Shown here: one piece after another, positions 1 through 9,544 of the stretch
Position numbering within the stretch: the stretch's first letter is position 1
How the letters are laid out: every line of letters begins with the position of its first letter
Origin: a virus
Lineage: Duplodnaviria; Caudoviricetes
IMG/VR virus record: IMGVR_UViG_3300021964_009400
Direction: 5' to 3' (one strand)
DNA length: 64,000 nt
Position numbers and translations under genes: made by a program
The notes under the pieces: generated by a model
Told to the model about the DNA's origin: nothing
The model's database searches: none
The model's input: only the letters and a program-made list of their open reading frames with translations

Positions 1-1
1 A

Positions 2-3000
2 GCAGAAAAAGATTTCTTTTTAGGACAGTTTTCTAAAACAGGCAATGCAAGATTTACAGTTGAAGATGTTTTAAGAGCTGCGAAAAGACAGTTTGATGAA
101 GATGATAACATATTACAATTCCAATTATTCTTAATACCATTTAATGCACAAGGAGATGAATTAACTTCTGGTAAAGTAGAAAAGATAACAATTACTTTTG
201 ATAAAGGAGATTTAACTTTAAGAAGGGGAGATGTTATTGGTGATATTAGAAAAGCGTTTGAATATTGTTTTGATTATTCAACCTTTGATGAAAGCACATC
301 AACTCTTTTAACTCATTATTTACATCTTGGAGAAGGTGATAATAAATTAATATCAACTTATGGTATTGATACAGAAACATTTTCAGAGTACGAATTTATA
401 AACGATACAAATGAAAGAAAAAAGATAAAAGAATCTAAATCCATTGTTTTAAAACTATACGAACCACTAGATGGTGCAATCGATGTAAATGATAAGATAT
501 GGATTTCTAAAATTCAATCTATACCATTAATAGACCAGATAACAATTATAGATGATGTAACTACAAATTGTATTCCTCTAACACCAAATTTAAGTTTAGA
601 GTTAAACGATGATATTGGTTATCAAATTTATGATGAATTGGTTGCAAGTGGTTCGACATCATCAGAATCAGTAATACAAGAATTTGTATCAGGTAGTGGA
701 TTTTCATTAGATACACTTCAGTTAGAATATACATCGGGTAGTGCAATACAATGGGGTAATTTTGTAAAATATTCATCTGCAAAAGAAAGAGTTGCAAACT
801 TCTATTACAAAATCAAGTTATTAGAATCATATAGAAGTAAACACGAGTTACTAGCAACTGCAACTGGTTCTGCAGGCTCAGTTTCAAGTCAAAACGAACA
901 AAAAAGAATACTTGGAAAGATATCAGAAATTAAACAAAACTTCGATGCATTTGAAAAACATCTTTATACAGTAAGTGGTTCATTACAATATCCAAAAAGT
1001 GGAAGTGTTGTTGGTGATATTAAACTTACTAATACTGGTAGTTTATTAAATCCAACTGGCTCTGATGCAATTAATTGGTATAACGATACTTATGCAACTG
1101 CATCTTTATATGATAGAAATAATACAGAAAGATTAGTAAATAATTTGCCTATTCATATACAAGAAGATGATAAAGGACAAGAGTTTGTTTTATTCTTTGA
1201 TATGATTGGACAGCATTTTGATATTTTATATCACTATATTAATAGATTATCAAAATCTAAAAAAGCTGAAAATAAATTTAAAGATGGAATTATAAGTGAT
1301 TTAATGTATGAAATGTTAAGTTCACTTGGTTGGGATGCTGATTTAGGAATATCATCTGAAACTCTTTGGGAATATGCATTTGGTGAACATTCAGATGGTA
1401 CTCAAGTTTCTACAATGTCAGGTAAAGATAGACAACAAGAAACATGGAGAAGAATTTTAAATAACTTACCTTATCTATATAAACACAAAGGTACTAAGAG
1501 GGCAATTCATGCAGCATTATCGATATATGGAATTCCAAATTCTATGTTAACAATAATGGAATTTGGTGGACCAAAAGATAACACCACTTCAAGATTAGTT
1601 AAATATACATACGATGATACAACATCTGCATTAAATATTTCTGGTTCTCAACAACTTATTATTCCTTGGAAAGCATATACTGGTTCTTTGTATCCAAGTT
1701 CTGTTGAAGTAAGAGTTGAAACTAATACAAAACAATCTCAAACATTACTTTCAAGTAGTGGTTGGAGTTTAGATTTAAATTACATATCGGGTTCAGATGC
1801 AAAATTACAATTAAATGTATTATCTGGTTCAACTTACTATTCAGAATCAACAGACCAATTTCCTTATTTTAATCAAGATTATACACAGATAGTTGTAAAT
1901 AAAACATCTGGTTCATCTACCACATTTGAAGTATTTGCAAAAGAAGGATTCCAAGAAAGAATTAGAAATCAAGTAAGTGCATCACTTACACTTACAAATC
2001 ATAGTTGGGATACCGGTACAGAATTATTAATTGGTGGTTTGGGTGTTAGTGGTAGTTCATTTACTGGTTCAGTAGATGAAATTAGATTATGGAAAACTCC
2101 ACTATCACAATCAAGAATTGATAATCATGCATTGAATGGAGATGCAATAGATGGTAACCATTCATCTTCCTCAACTGAAGATTTATTATTAAGAGTTGAT
2201 TTTGAACATCCACGAAATTTAGATTCAACTGGTAGTAATTGGAGAAACACACTTGTTTCAGCATCTATGGTTTCGGATGGATTAAGTTCATTATCAGGTT
2301 CATTAGAAAGTGTTTCCCCAATAACAACTTATGCAAACTTTATAACTGCATCTAATTTCCCATCTGCTTCATATCCATATGGATTTACATTTTATGATAG
2401 AAAAAATACATCAAATGTACCAAGTGTTGGTTTAAGTGTTGGTGATAAAATTAGGTTTGAAACACAAACTTTAGAATCAGATTTAAATTACAGAAGTAGA
2501 GCAACTAAAAAATCATATGACCAATCACCATTAGACTCGGATAAATTAGGATTATTCTTCTCACCAGCAAAAGAATTAAATCTTGACATTGTAAAAACAA
2601 TAGGAGATTTTAGTATAGATGATTTAATCGGTGACCCAAGTGATTATTATGAAGATAGTTATTCATCATTAAATAATTTTAGAAATTACTATTTTAGTAG
2701 ATATAATGTAAACTTCTCTGAATATATTCAATTAGTAAAGTATATTGATAAATCCTTATTTAAACTTTTAGAATCTCTTGTACCTGCAAGAGCCAAAGTT
2801 ACAACTGGTTTATTGATAGAACCTCACATGCTAGAGAGAAGTAAAATTAAAAGAACAAAACCTACTGCAGAAAATAAACAATATGAAACTTCAATTGGTA
2901 TTCAAGATAATTTAGTTGTAACATCATCAAAAGATGATTACTTAGTTGAACTTGATTTAAAAGAAGAAGTGTTCTTAAGTGGTTCAAAGGATTCATATGA

Positions 3001-3715
3001 AGTTGAAATACAAAATGTAGTAAGTAGTAGTTTGGTAGGAACAAACGATACCTACGAAAGCATAATTTCAGCATCAGATAATTATGTTACTACTGGTGAT
3101 ATTACTAGAAACTCTGGTTCAGATATGGCAGGATTTGATATTACAATCGAAGCAACAATATCTCAATCAGTACAAGGTGAGTATGATTCAACTGCATATG
3201 AACAAATAGGAATGGAACCAGACTCATTAACAGTAGCTGGCTTTGGTTTATATGGTAGTGGTTCACATACAATTATTACAAAATTAGATAAAAACAATAA
3301 CTTTGTTAGAGAAAGAGCTAAAGTATTTTTAATTAAAGAATCATATACAGTTAATGTACCAAAATTATTAAATTCAGCATCTTTATATACAGAATTGGAA
3401 ACAGTAACTAAGTTTAGACATAAAGTAAATATTTTACCATTTACTGGCTCTGATGGAAATGAAACATCTGGCTCAGTTGTAGGTGGTAATATTGTAGAGG
3501 TAACTCCATTAAATGGTGCATTTCCAACACATTATATAACCACTGGTGATTTAACAACTGGTCTAGAAAATTCATTCTTTAATGGTTCAAAACAAACTGC
3601 AGCAACTACATTAGATGGTAGTTCACCAGTTCAATCATTTACTACAAACCCAAATACATTAAAAGTTTCTGATAGTGGTAGAGGTAGTGGAGAGCCAATT
3701 TTAGAGGTAGAATAG
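2..3715 (+). CDS. Large virion structural protein (baseplate/tail-associated, LamG-like domain); 5'-truncated by window edge
   Basis: Frame of ORF 638..3715 is open back to base 2 (AEKDFFLGQF...), so the 638 TTG is not the start. LamG-like motif SFTGSVDEIRLWKTPLS; baseplate-wedge-like 'LYKHKGTKRAI'; Ser/Gly-rich; followed by structural genes. Confidence 0.65.
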   Translation, partial: AEKDFFLGQFSKTGNARFTVEDVLRAAKRQFDEDDNILQFQLFLIPFNAQGDELTSGKVEKITITFDKGDLTLRRGDVIGDIRKAFEYCFDYSTFDESTSTLLTHYLHLGEGDNKLISTYGIDTETFSEYEFINDTNERKKIKESKSIVLKLYEPLDGAIDVNDKIWISKIQSIPLIDQITIIDDVTTNCIPLTPNLSLELNDDIGYQIYDELVASGSTSSESVIQEFVSGSGFSLDTLQLEYTSGSAIQWGNFVKYSSAKERVANFYYKIKLLESYRSKHELLATATGSAGSVSSQNEQKRILGKISEIKQNFDAFEKHLYTVSGSLQYPKSGSVVGDIKLTNTGSLLNPTGSDAINWYNDTYATASLYDRNNTERLVNNLPIHIQEDDKGQEFVLFFDMIGQHFDILYHYINRLSKSKKAENKFKDGIISDLMYEMLSSLGWDADLGISSETLWEYAFGEHSDGTQVSTMSGKDRQQETWRRILNNLPYLYKHKGTKRAIHAALSIYGIPNSMLTIMEFGGPKDNTTSRLVKYTYDDTTSALNISGSQQLIIPWKAYTGSLYPSSVEVRVETNTKQSQTLLSSSGWSLDLNYISGSDAKLQLNVLSGSTYYSESTDQFPYFNQDYTQIVVNKTSGSSTTFEVFAKEGFQERIRNQVSASLTLTNHSWDTGTELLIGGLGVSGSSFTGSVDEIRLWKTPLSQSRIDNHALNGDAIDGNHSSSSTEDLLLRVDFEHPRNLDSTGSNWRNTLVSASMVSDGLSSLSGSLESVSPITTYANFITASNFPSASYPYGFTFYDRKNTSNVPSVGLSVGDKIRFETQTLESDLNYRSRATKKSYDQSPLDSDKLGLFFSPAKELNLDIVKTIGDFSIDDLIGDPSDYYEDSYSSLNNFRNYYFSRYNVNFSEYIQLVKYIDKSLFKLLESLVPARAKVTTGLLIEPHMLERSKIKRTKPTAENKQYETSIGIQDNLVVTSSKDDYLVELDLKEEVFLSGSKDSYEVEIQNVVSSSLVGTNDTYESIISASDNYVTTGDITRNSGSDMAGFDITIEATISQSVQGEYDSTAYEQIGMEPDSLTVAGFGLYGSGSHTIITKLDKNNNFVRERAKVFLIKESYTVNVPKLLNSASLYTELETVTKFRHKVNILPFTGSDGNETSGSVVGGNIVEVTPLNGAFPTHYITTGDLTTGLENSFFNGSKQTAATTLDGSSPVQSFTTNPNTLKVSDSGRGSGEPILEVE

Positions 3716-3755
3716 TATTTATAGGTAATAAAAATTATTAAAAATATAAATCGTT

Positions 3756-3764
3756 ATATTTATA
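3756..3764 (+). promoter_or_regulatory. Putative late promoter motif ATATTTATA
   Basis: Exact motif 26 nt upstream of ATG 3791; recurs upstream of at least 11 structural-region genes. Confidence 0.6.
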
Positions 3765-3790
3765 TATTGTAACATAATAGGGAAAAAACT

Positions 3791-4414
3791 ATGGCATATT
3801 TAGATAATACAGAAATAACAGTAGATGCAATTCTTACTAAAAAAGGTAGAGAGAAACTTGCATCGGGTGAAGGTCTTAATATCACCAAGTTCGCTTTAGG
3901 TGATGATGAGATTGATTACACATTATACGAACCGGCACACCCAAAAGGTTCAGCATACTATGATGCAGCAATTAAAGCAATACCAATAACTGAAGCATCG
4001 CCAGATGAAACGCAAATTTTAAGATATAAATTAGTTACTCTTCCAAAGGGTACTACAAAAATTCCAAAGGTAGAATTTGGTGTACCATCTATTTCTGTAA
4101 ATCAGAATTCAGGTCAAGTTTCCCTTACACCAACTACATCACCAAGTGGAAATACACAAAGTGGATATACCGTAGTTTTATCAAATAAAAATGCAGGTAG
4201 TATTGTTGGAGCAGGTTTATCGGGTGTTGCAAGTTCAGTACCAACATTCTTAGGAGATGAAATAACTGCAACAGCAGCAATAGAGACAGGATTAACATTT
4301 ACATTTATACCTAATCCAAATATAACTGCTACAATTGCAACAACAATTACAGTATATGGTAATGAAACTGGAGGTTCAGCAACGATACCAGTAACAATAA
4401 CATATGTATCATAA
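3791..4414 (+). CDS. Virion structural protein, tail-collar-fibre-like N-terminus
   Basis: ILTKKGREKLASG..NITKFALGD resembles the N-terminus of phage tail-collar fibre proteins; Thr-rich C-terminus. Confidence 0.55.
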   Translation: MAYLDNTEITVDAILTKKGREKLASGEGLNITKFALGDDEIDYTLYEPAHPKGSAYYDAAIKAIPITEASPDETQILRYKLVTLPKGTTKIPKVEFGVPSISVNQNSGQVSLTPTTSPSGNTQSGYTVVLSNKNAGSIVGAGLSGVASSVPTFLGDEITATAAIETGLTFTFIPNPNITATIATTITVYGNETGGSATIPVTITYVS

Positions 4415-4434
4415 TTTAAAGAGGAAATAATAAA

Positions 4435-5664
4435 ATGGCACAAATACAAGGACAAGCAGGAGTAAATTTGACACAAGAGTTGGCAAATTATTTAGATGCC
4501 AGTGGTGGTAGTCTTACTTCAGAACAATTATCAACGATTATCAACCAATATCTTTCAGGTGGTGATAAACTAGGTGCAACTGGTGGTTCAATTTCAAATG
4601 GTATATATAAAAGATTTGGAGAATTTGACCAAGTAAGTGGAAAAGTACAAGTTGTAACTACTGGTCTTTGGAGTGGAGATACTGGTTCCTTAACTACATT
4701 TTTTACTTCATCTACACAAGCTTCAGCAAATAGTTCAAATTATTATGTAAATGTATATGATACTGCAGCTAATGATAATGTACAATTTGCAGTTGCATAT
4801 GGACATAAATTTGGTAGTGGTTCAGTATCACTTGCAAATGATGATACATCTACTTTAGCAACTAAAGCAACTTACGCACAATATAAATCAATTCTTTTAG
4901 ACCAAGATGATACTAAATTTGTAGTTCCTAACATTTCTGGTTCAACTCAAGAAATAGATGATATCTTTGTTATTAACTTATCAAGAGCAAGATACAAAGA
5001 GAAAATGGATGCAGGAAACTGGTCATTAACATTAAATGGAGAAAGTGGTTCATTTACATTCATTGATGATAGTGGAAAGAAATTTTCAGATACAGTTGGA
5101 AAAGCAGGTAGAGTATTTGATGTAGTAAAGGGTTCACTAAACTTAGGTTCAGAAAACGAAGCAACAATTGAATCAAAATATGCAAGTGGTTCCGATGCAC
5201 AAGGACAAGGATTTGGTAAATTTTATCCAGACCAAGGAATTATAATTCTCAACCCAAAGGCTATTCAAGATGAACTAAAAACATTTCCAAGAAATGCAGC
5301 AGGTGCAGTATCACAATCGTTATCATATGGAATTGCATCAGAAGCAAAAAATCATTTCTTATTAGAAAGTGCAATTTCAGGTGGAGGAGATTTTGAAGCA
5401 AGAAGAACAGAAAATGTTTCTACATCACACTATTTTGTAAGAGCAACGAATAGAGAATTTAACTTCTCAAATAACCCAACATTTGTAAGTGGTTCAGATA
5501 ATTCATTTGCTGAATCATCTTTTGAAAAAGACCCAAAAACATTTATTACAACTATTGGATTATATAGTGATTCAAACGAAATATTAGCAGTGGCTAAAAC
5601 ATCACAACCAATCGCTAAATCATTTGATAAAGAAGTATTAATCAAAGTAAAACTTGATTTCTAA
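4435..5664 (+). CDS. Virion structural protein (tail/baseplate)
   Basis: Ser/Gly-rich; C-terminal ITTIGLYSDSNEILAVAK..PIAK shared with the next gene; GAGG RBS; followed by terminator. Confidence 0.6.
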   Translation: MAQIQGQAGVNLTQELANYLDASGGSLTSEQLSTIINQYLSGGDKLGATGGSISNGIYKRFGEFDQVSGKVQVVTTGLWSGDTGSLTTFFTSSTQASANSSNYYVNVYDTAANDNVQFAVAYGHKFGSGSVSLANDDTSTLATKATYAQYKSILLDQDDTKFVVPNISGSTQEIDDIFVINLSRARYKEKMDAGNWSLTLNGESGSFTFIDDSGKKFSDTVGKAGRVFDVVKGSLNLGSENEATIESKYASGSDAQGQGFGKFYPDQGIIILNPKAIQDELKTFPRNAAGAVSQSLSYGIASEAKNHFLLESAISGGGDFEARRTENVSTSHYFVRATNREFNFSNNPTFVSGSDNSFAESSFEKDPKTFITTIGLYSDSNEILAVAKTSQPIAKSFDKEVLIKVKLDF

Positions 5665-5684
5665 AATTATTAAACTTTAATAAG

Positions 5685-5710
5685 AACCCCACTTCGAGTG
5701 GGGTTTTTTG
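5685..5710 (+). terminator. Rho-independent terminator
   Basis: Stem AACCCCACT-tcg-AGTGGGGTT followed by a T-run, just after stop 5664. Confidence 0.85.
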
Positions 5711-5717
5711 TTTTAAT

Positions 5718-5726
5718 ATATTTATA
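5718..5726 (+). promoter_or_regulatory. Putative late promoter motif ATATTTATA
   Basis: Immediately after the terminator, 18 nt upstream of ATG 5745. Confidence 0.6.
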
Positions 5727-5744
5727 TAGAGGAGCAATACTATC

Positions 5745-6884
5745 ATGTTAAAACCAATACCTAAATCGAGTATAAATCAAAGAACTTTTAAAGTTCACAA
5801 AAAGTTTATACAAACAGATGCAACTAATCCAATTTATATTGGTGCTTTATCTAGTGGTAGTGCATACGATTCTGGTTCAGAGGCAACTACAAATGGTGTT
5901 TCTAATCATTCTTTATATGCATCTATAAAATCTAAATATTATAGAAATGATGGTAATATATTTACCACCTATGGTAATTATGGTAATTTAGGACAAATTT
6001 CACAAGAAAGAATTATTGGTGGTCAAATTAGAGTTATTACAATTCCACAAAATAAAAAAGGATTAGGAATTAAAAAAGGTAGTGTACTTTTAACAGATAT
6101 AGATACATCAACTGTTTACAGAGATACTGGTGAAGGAAATATAGCATCTCTAACACCACGATACACCTTAACAGAACTTGATTTTAATACTGGTGTTATA
6201 ACAATTACTGATGCAGATGACCAGAATTTTACTGGTACCATAACAAGTATCGATTTTAATACAGGTAACTCAGTATTAACATTTGGAGTAGAAACCAAAG
6301 ATGTTACAATTACTCAACTTGATTTTAATACAGGTATTTTATTGACAGCTGAACCTTTAGATTTTGATGGTTTGGATATCGATGAGGCAAGATATGGAAA
6401 TATATTTTATTCAGATGGATTAATAGTTTTATCAGATGTTACAAGTTTAGTTTCATATAGTTTAGAGTATCGTTCAACTGAAACAATAACAGAACAAGAA
6501 GTTTTACTTACTGCAAAAGCAGGAGAGTTTAACTATTCTCAAAACCCATCGGCAGTTGAATCACAATTAAGTGGTTCATATGATTTTACAACTACTGCAA
6601 TACCAAATGTTTCTTCGGCAAGAACAAGAAAAATAAAAGAGTATAGTGATATAAAACGAAGAGAATTTTTCTCTGGTTCTTTTAACTCAACAATAAGTGG
6701 TAGTTGGGATGATTATTATGCATCTGCATCAGTAGATACAACTGGTTCATATTTATCAACATATATTAGTACAATTGGATTATATGATAAAAGTGGAGAT
6801 ATGGTAGCCGTTGCTAAACTACCAAAACCAATAAAGAATTTACCAGACTACGATGTAAATTTTATAGTAAGATTTGATGTATAA
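5745..6884 (+). CDS. Virion structural protein, paralogue of 4435..5664
   Basis: C-terminal ISTIGLYDKSGDMVAVAKLPKPIK..VRFDV parallels the preceding gene; internal LDFNTG repeats. Confidence 0.6.
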   Translation: MLKPIPKSSINQRTFKVHKKFIQTDATNPIYIGALSSGSAYDSGSEATTNGVSNHSLYASIKSKYYRNDGNIFTTYGNYGNLGQISQERIIGGQIRVITIPQNKKGLGIKKGSVLLTDIDTSTVYRDTGEGNIASLTPRYTLTELDFNTGVITITDADDQNFTGTITSIDFNTGNSVLTFGVETKDVTITQLDFNTGILLTAEPLDFDGLDIDEARYGNIFYSDGLIVLSDVTSLVSYSLEYRSTETITEQEVLLTAKAGEFNYSQNPSAVESQLSGSYDFTTTAIPNVSSARTRKIKEYSDIKRREFFSGSFNSTISGSWDDYYASASVDTTGSYLSTYISTIGLYDKSGDMVAVAKLPKPIKNLPDYDVNFIVRFDV

Positions 6885-6896
6885 CTAAAATTTGTT

Positions 6897-6905
6897 ATAT
6901 TTATA
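6897..6905 (+). promoter_or_regulatory. Putative late promoter motif ATATTTATA
   Basis: 19 nt upstream of ATG 6925. Confidence 0.55.
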
Positions 6906-6924
6906 TAAAAACAAAGATAATATT

Positions 6925-7143
6925 ATGGCTTATCAAATTTTAAAAGTGAATAAAGAAGTAGTAGAAGATAACCTAGAGTTAACTGATGAACAAATACAAG
7001 AGTATTTTGCATCAGAAGAATTCAATTACTTTATTTATGATAGTTACGAAGATGATACAGATATCTTTTCTGCACTTTTAGAAGAAAAAGGTGAAGCAGG
7101 TTGTGAAGATATTAGAATAATAAAACCAATAATAGAGGAGTAA
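6925..7143 (+). CDS. Small acidic hypothetical protein (72 aa)
   Basis: ATG 6925 preferred over TTG 6892, which overlaps the promoter motif; about 21 D/E versus 5 K/R. Confidence 0.6.
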   Translation: MAYQILKVNKEVVEDNLELTDEQIQEYFASEEFNYFIYDSYEDDTDIFSALLEEKGEAGCEDIRIIKPIIEE

Positions 7144-7148
7144 AAATT

Positions 7149-7352
7149 ATGGCATTACAATATAATATTTGTGATATTGATGGAAACATTATAGATGAAA
7201 ATGTTTCAATTGATATAATCAACGAAAAACTTGAAGGAGATGTAAATATATTTTGGGACGATGAAGGATTAGTTGAAAGACTAAAAGAAGGAGACGAAGA
7301 TGTTTCAGAACATTTACTTATTAAAACAATAGAAATAGACGAAGAGGAATAA
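7149..7352 (+). CDS. Small acidic hypothetical protein (67 aa)
   Basis: GGAG RBS 8 nt upstream; about 22 D/E versus 4 K/R. Confidence 0.6.
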   Translation: MALQYNICDIDGNIIDENVSIDIINEKLEGDVNIFWDDEGLVERLKEGDEDVSEHLLIKTIEIDEEE

Positions 7353-7355
7353 GAT

Positions 7356-7544
7356 ATGGCTTCACTTGAAGAATTATATAATAAATCTGAGTTTTCTAAA
7401 TTAGGAAAATCTAACAAAGATAAAACACCTTTATCAGCTGGCGATTACGAAGTTTCTGGTTTGCAAAAAAATGAAAAGCAACTTAACAAAGCCAGAGGTG
7501 GAAAGCTTAATTTAAAGAAATATTCTGATTCTGTAAAACTATAA
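7356..7544 (+). CDS. Small basic hypothetical protein (62 aa)
   Basis: Tightly packed ORF in the operon with GAGG-like RBS. Confidence 0.55.
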   Translation: MASLEELYNKSEFSKLGKSNKDKTPLSAGDYEVSGLQKNEKQLNKARGGKLNLKKYSDSVKL

Positions 7545-7554
7545 ATTCTCTAAT

Positions 7555-8136
7555 TTGAGTTTACTTATAAACCATTACTCAAAATGGGCATTCGTTCATA
7601 TACCAAAAACTGGTGGAACATCATTAACAAACATTTTATTAAAAGATAAAAATACCGAACAAGTTTCGGTGCACGATTCTTTAAGAATGTTAGATGCTGA
7701 TTCCTCTTACTATATTTTTACAATAGTAAGAAATCCATTTACTCGAATATGTAGTGCTTTTGAAGATGAGTATAGAAAAGGAAATACCAAACACGATTTT
7801 AGCTTTTATCTAAAAAATATTGACGAAACAAATGTTTGGTTGTTACCTCAAAGTTACTTTATTGAGGCGGGAAAAACAAAAAATAAAAAAGTTTCATTCA
7901 TAGGAAGATATGAAAACTATGATACTGATTGTAATCAAATTTTACAAAAATTAAAATATTCAGAAAAAATTCCGCATCTTAACCGAAATCCAATATATGA
8001 TAGACATCCAAATTTAAATCAAGAACAGTATTATAGTAAAATATATTACACAGAAGATTGGATGATAGATTGGGTAAAAGAAAGGTACGAAAATGATTTT
8101 AAAATTCTTAACTATGGCATGGAATTACCAAGGTAG
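7555..8136 (+). CDS. Carbohydrate sulfotransferase (sulfotransferase family 2-like)
   Basis: 5'-PSB motif FVHIPKTGGTSL, 3'-PB motif VRNPFTRICSAF, FIGRYEN; TTG start. Confidence 0.8.
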   Translation: MSLLINHYSKWAFVHIPKTGGTSLTNILLKDKNTEQVSVHDSLRMLDADSSYYIFTIVRNPFTRICSAFEDEYRKGNTKHDFSFYLKNIDETNVWLLPQSYFIEAGKTKNKKVSFIGRYENYDTDCNQILQKLKYSEKIPHLNRNPIYDRHPNLNQEQYYSKIYYTEDWMIDWVKERYENDFKILNYGMELPR

Positions 8137-8560
8137 AACAATAACAGAAATTTCTGATATGCCCGAGGGGACTATCGGATTTATATACAAAATAACAAAT
8201 CACCAAACAGGTCAATACTATATAGGGAAAAAATCTTTATATGCAAAAAGAACACTACCACCACTAAAAGGGTATAAAAGAAAACGAAAGGTAATCAAAG
8301 AATCCAAATGGATAGATTATCGTTCTTCAAATCCATCAGTACAATTATGGTTTCATGAACACGAGGCTGCAAAATTAGATGGTAATCGAGATAAAATAAA
8401 TGATAGTTTGGAGTTAAAAATACTTAGATTTTGTAAAACACCAAAATCATTAACTTATTATGAAGTAGAAGAATTGTTTCAAAATAAGGTTTTAGAAGAT
8501 AAATTATCGTTAAATGATAATATATTAGGCAAATTTTTTAGAAAAGATTTGGATATTTAA
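8114..8560 (+). CDS. GIY-YIG-family nuclease-like protein
   Basis: GFIYKITNHQTGQYYIGKK motif; ATG 8114 (MAWNYQG) preferred as start. Confidence 0.6.
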   Translation: MAWNYQGRTITEISDMPEGTIGFIYKITNHQTGQYYIGKKSLYAKRTLPPLKGYKRKRKVIKESKWIDYRSSNPSVQLWFHEHEAAKLDGNRDKINDSLELKILRFCKTPKSLTYYEVEELFQNKVLEDKLSLNDNILGKFFRKDLDI

Positions 8561-8579
8561 ATTATTTTTCGTATATTTG
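8548..8579 (+). promoter_or_regulatory. Bacteroidota-type housekeeping promoter (-33 TTTG / -7 TAnnTTTG)
   Basis: TTTG 8548-8551, 20-nt spacer, TATATTTG 8572-8579, 20 nt before the primase ATG. Confidence 0.7.
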
Positions 8580-8599
8580 TATAGTTTTAAGTAGTAACC

Positions 8600-9544
8600 A
8601 TGCTTTCACAACACGATAAACAACAAGTTATAACAATATTAGATGAGGTATTGGGTGTAGGTACATCCATGAAAGGAGATGAACAGGCTCACTATTGTCC
8701 TTTCTGTCATCATCATAAGAAAAAGTTACAAGTTAATTTGATAAATCAATATTGGCATTGTTGGGTTTGTGATGCAAAAGGAAGAAAGATACAGAGGTTA
8801 TTAAAACGACTTCATGTAGATTCTCGCAAATTAAAGAAAATATATGAAATCTATGGAGATGATTATGTAGTTTATTCTAAAGATACCGAAGATGAAAAGG
8901 TAGAATTGAGGTTACCTAACGAGTTTCAGTCACTTTTAAAGATACCAAAGGGTAAAGTTAACCCTTTATATAGAAAGGCATTAAAATATGCAGACGAACG
9001 AGGAATTACTAAAGAAGATATTAGAAGATATAATATCGGTTATTGTGATTCTGGTCATTATGCCAATCGTATTATTATTCCTTCTTATGATAGAGATAAC
9101 AGACTCAATTACTTCATCGCGAGGTCTGTATTTAGTGAGGAGAAATTTAAATACAAAAATCCACCAGTTTCGAAAAATGTTATCATGTTCGAAAACCAAA
9201 TAAATTGGAATGAACCAATAACATTAGTAGAAGGTGTATTTGATGCATTGACAGTTAAACGAAACGCAATACCAATACTAGGAAAATTCATACCAAAAAA
9301 ATTATCCGATGCGATACTTAAAAATGGAGTAAGTAGTATTAATATTTTATTAGATGAAGACGCACAACAAGAAGCATTAAGATATACTATGCAATTTAGT
9401 AATCAAGGCATTAGTACAAAAAACATAATTCCATCAGATAAAGATGCATCTGAAATGGGTTTTAAAGAAGTAAACGAAAAACTAAAACAAACAAAAGAGA
9501 CTGGTTTTGAAGATATCATATTACAAAAATTAAAAGGATTATGA
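8600..9544 (+). CDS. DNA primase (DnaG/T4 gp61-like)
   Basis: Zn finger CPFC...HCWVC; RIIIP; TOPRIM motifs LVEGVFDAL and LLDED. Confidence 0.9.
   Translation: MLSQHDKQQVITILDEVLGVGTSMKGDEQAHYCPFCHHHKKKLQVNLINQYWHCWVCDAKGRKIQRLLKRLHVDSRKLKKIYEIYGDDYVVYSKDTEDEKVELRLPNEFQSLLKIPKGKVNPLYRKALKYADERGITKEDIRRYNIGYCDSGHYANRIIIPSYDRDNRLNYFIARSVFSEEKFKYKNPPVSKNVIMFENQINWNEPITLVEGVFDALTVKRNAIPILGKFIPKKLSDAILKNGVSSINILLDEDAQQEALRYTMQFSNQGISTKNIIPSDKDASEMGFKEVNEKLKQTKETGFEDIILQKLKGL

Noticed and set aside
638-640. Track start codons at 638, 6892, 8093, 38222 and 52698
   Set aside because: 638 is internal to a frame open from base 2. The others are upstream near-cognate or overlapping starts; downstream ATGs (6925, 8114, 38243, 52710) fit promoter spacing or gene coupling better.
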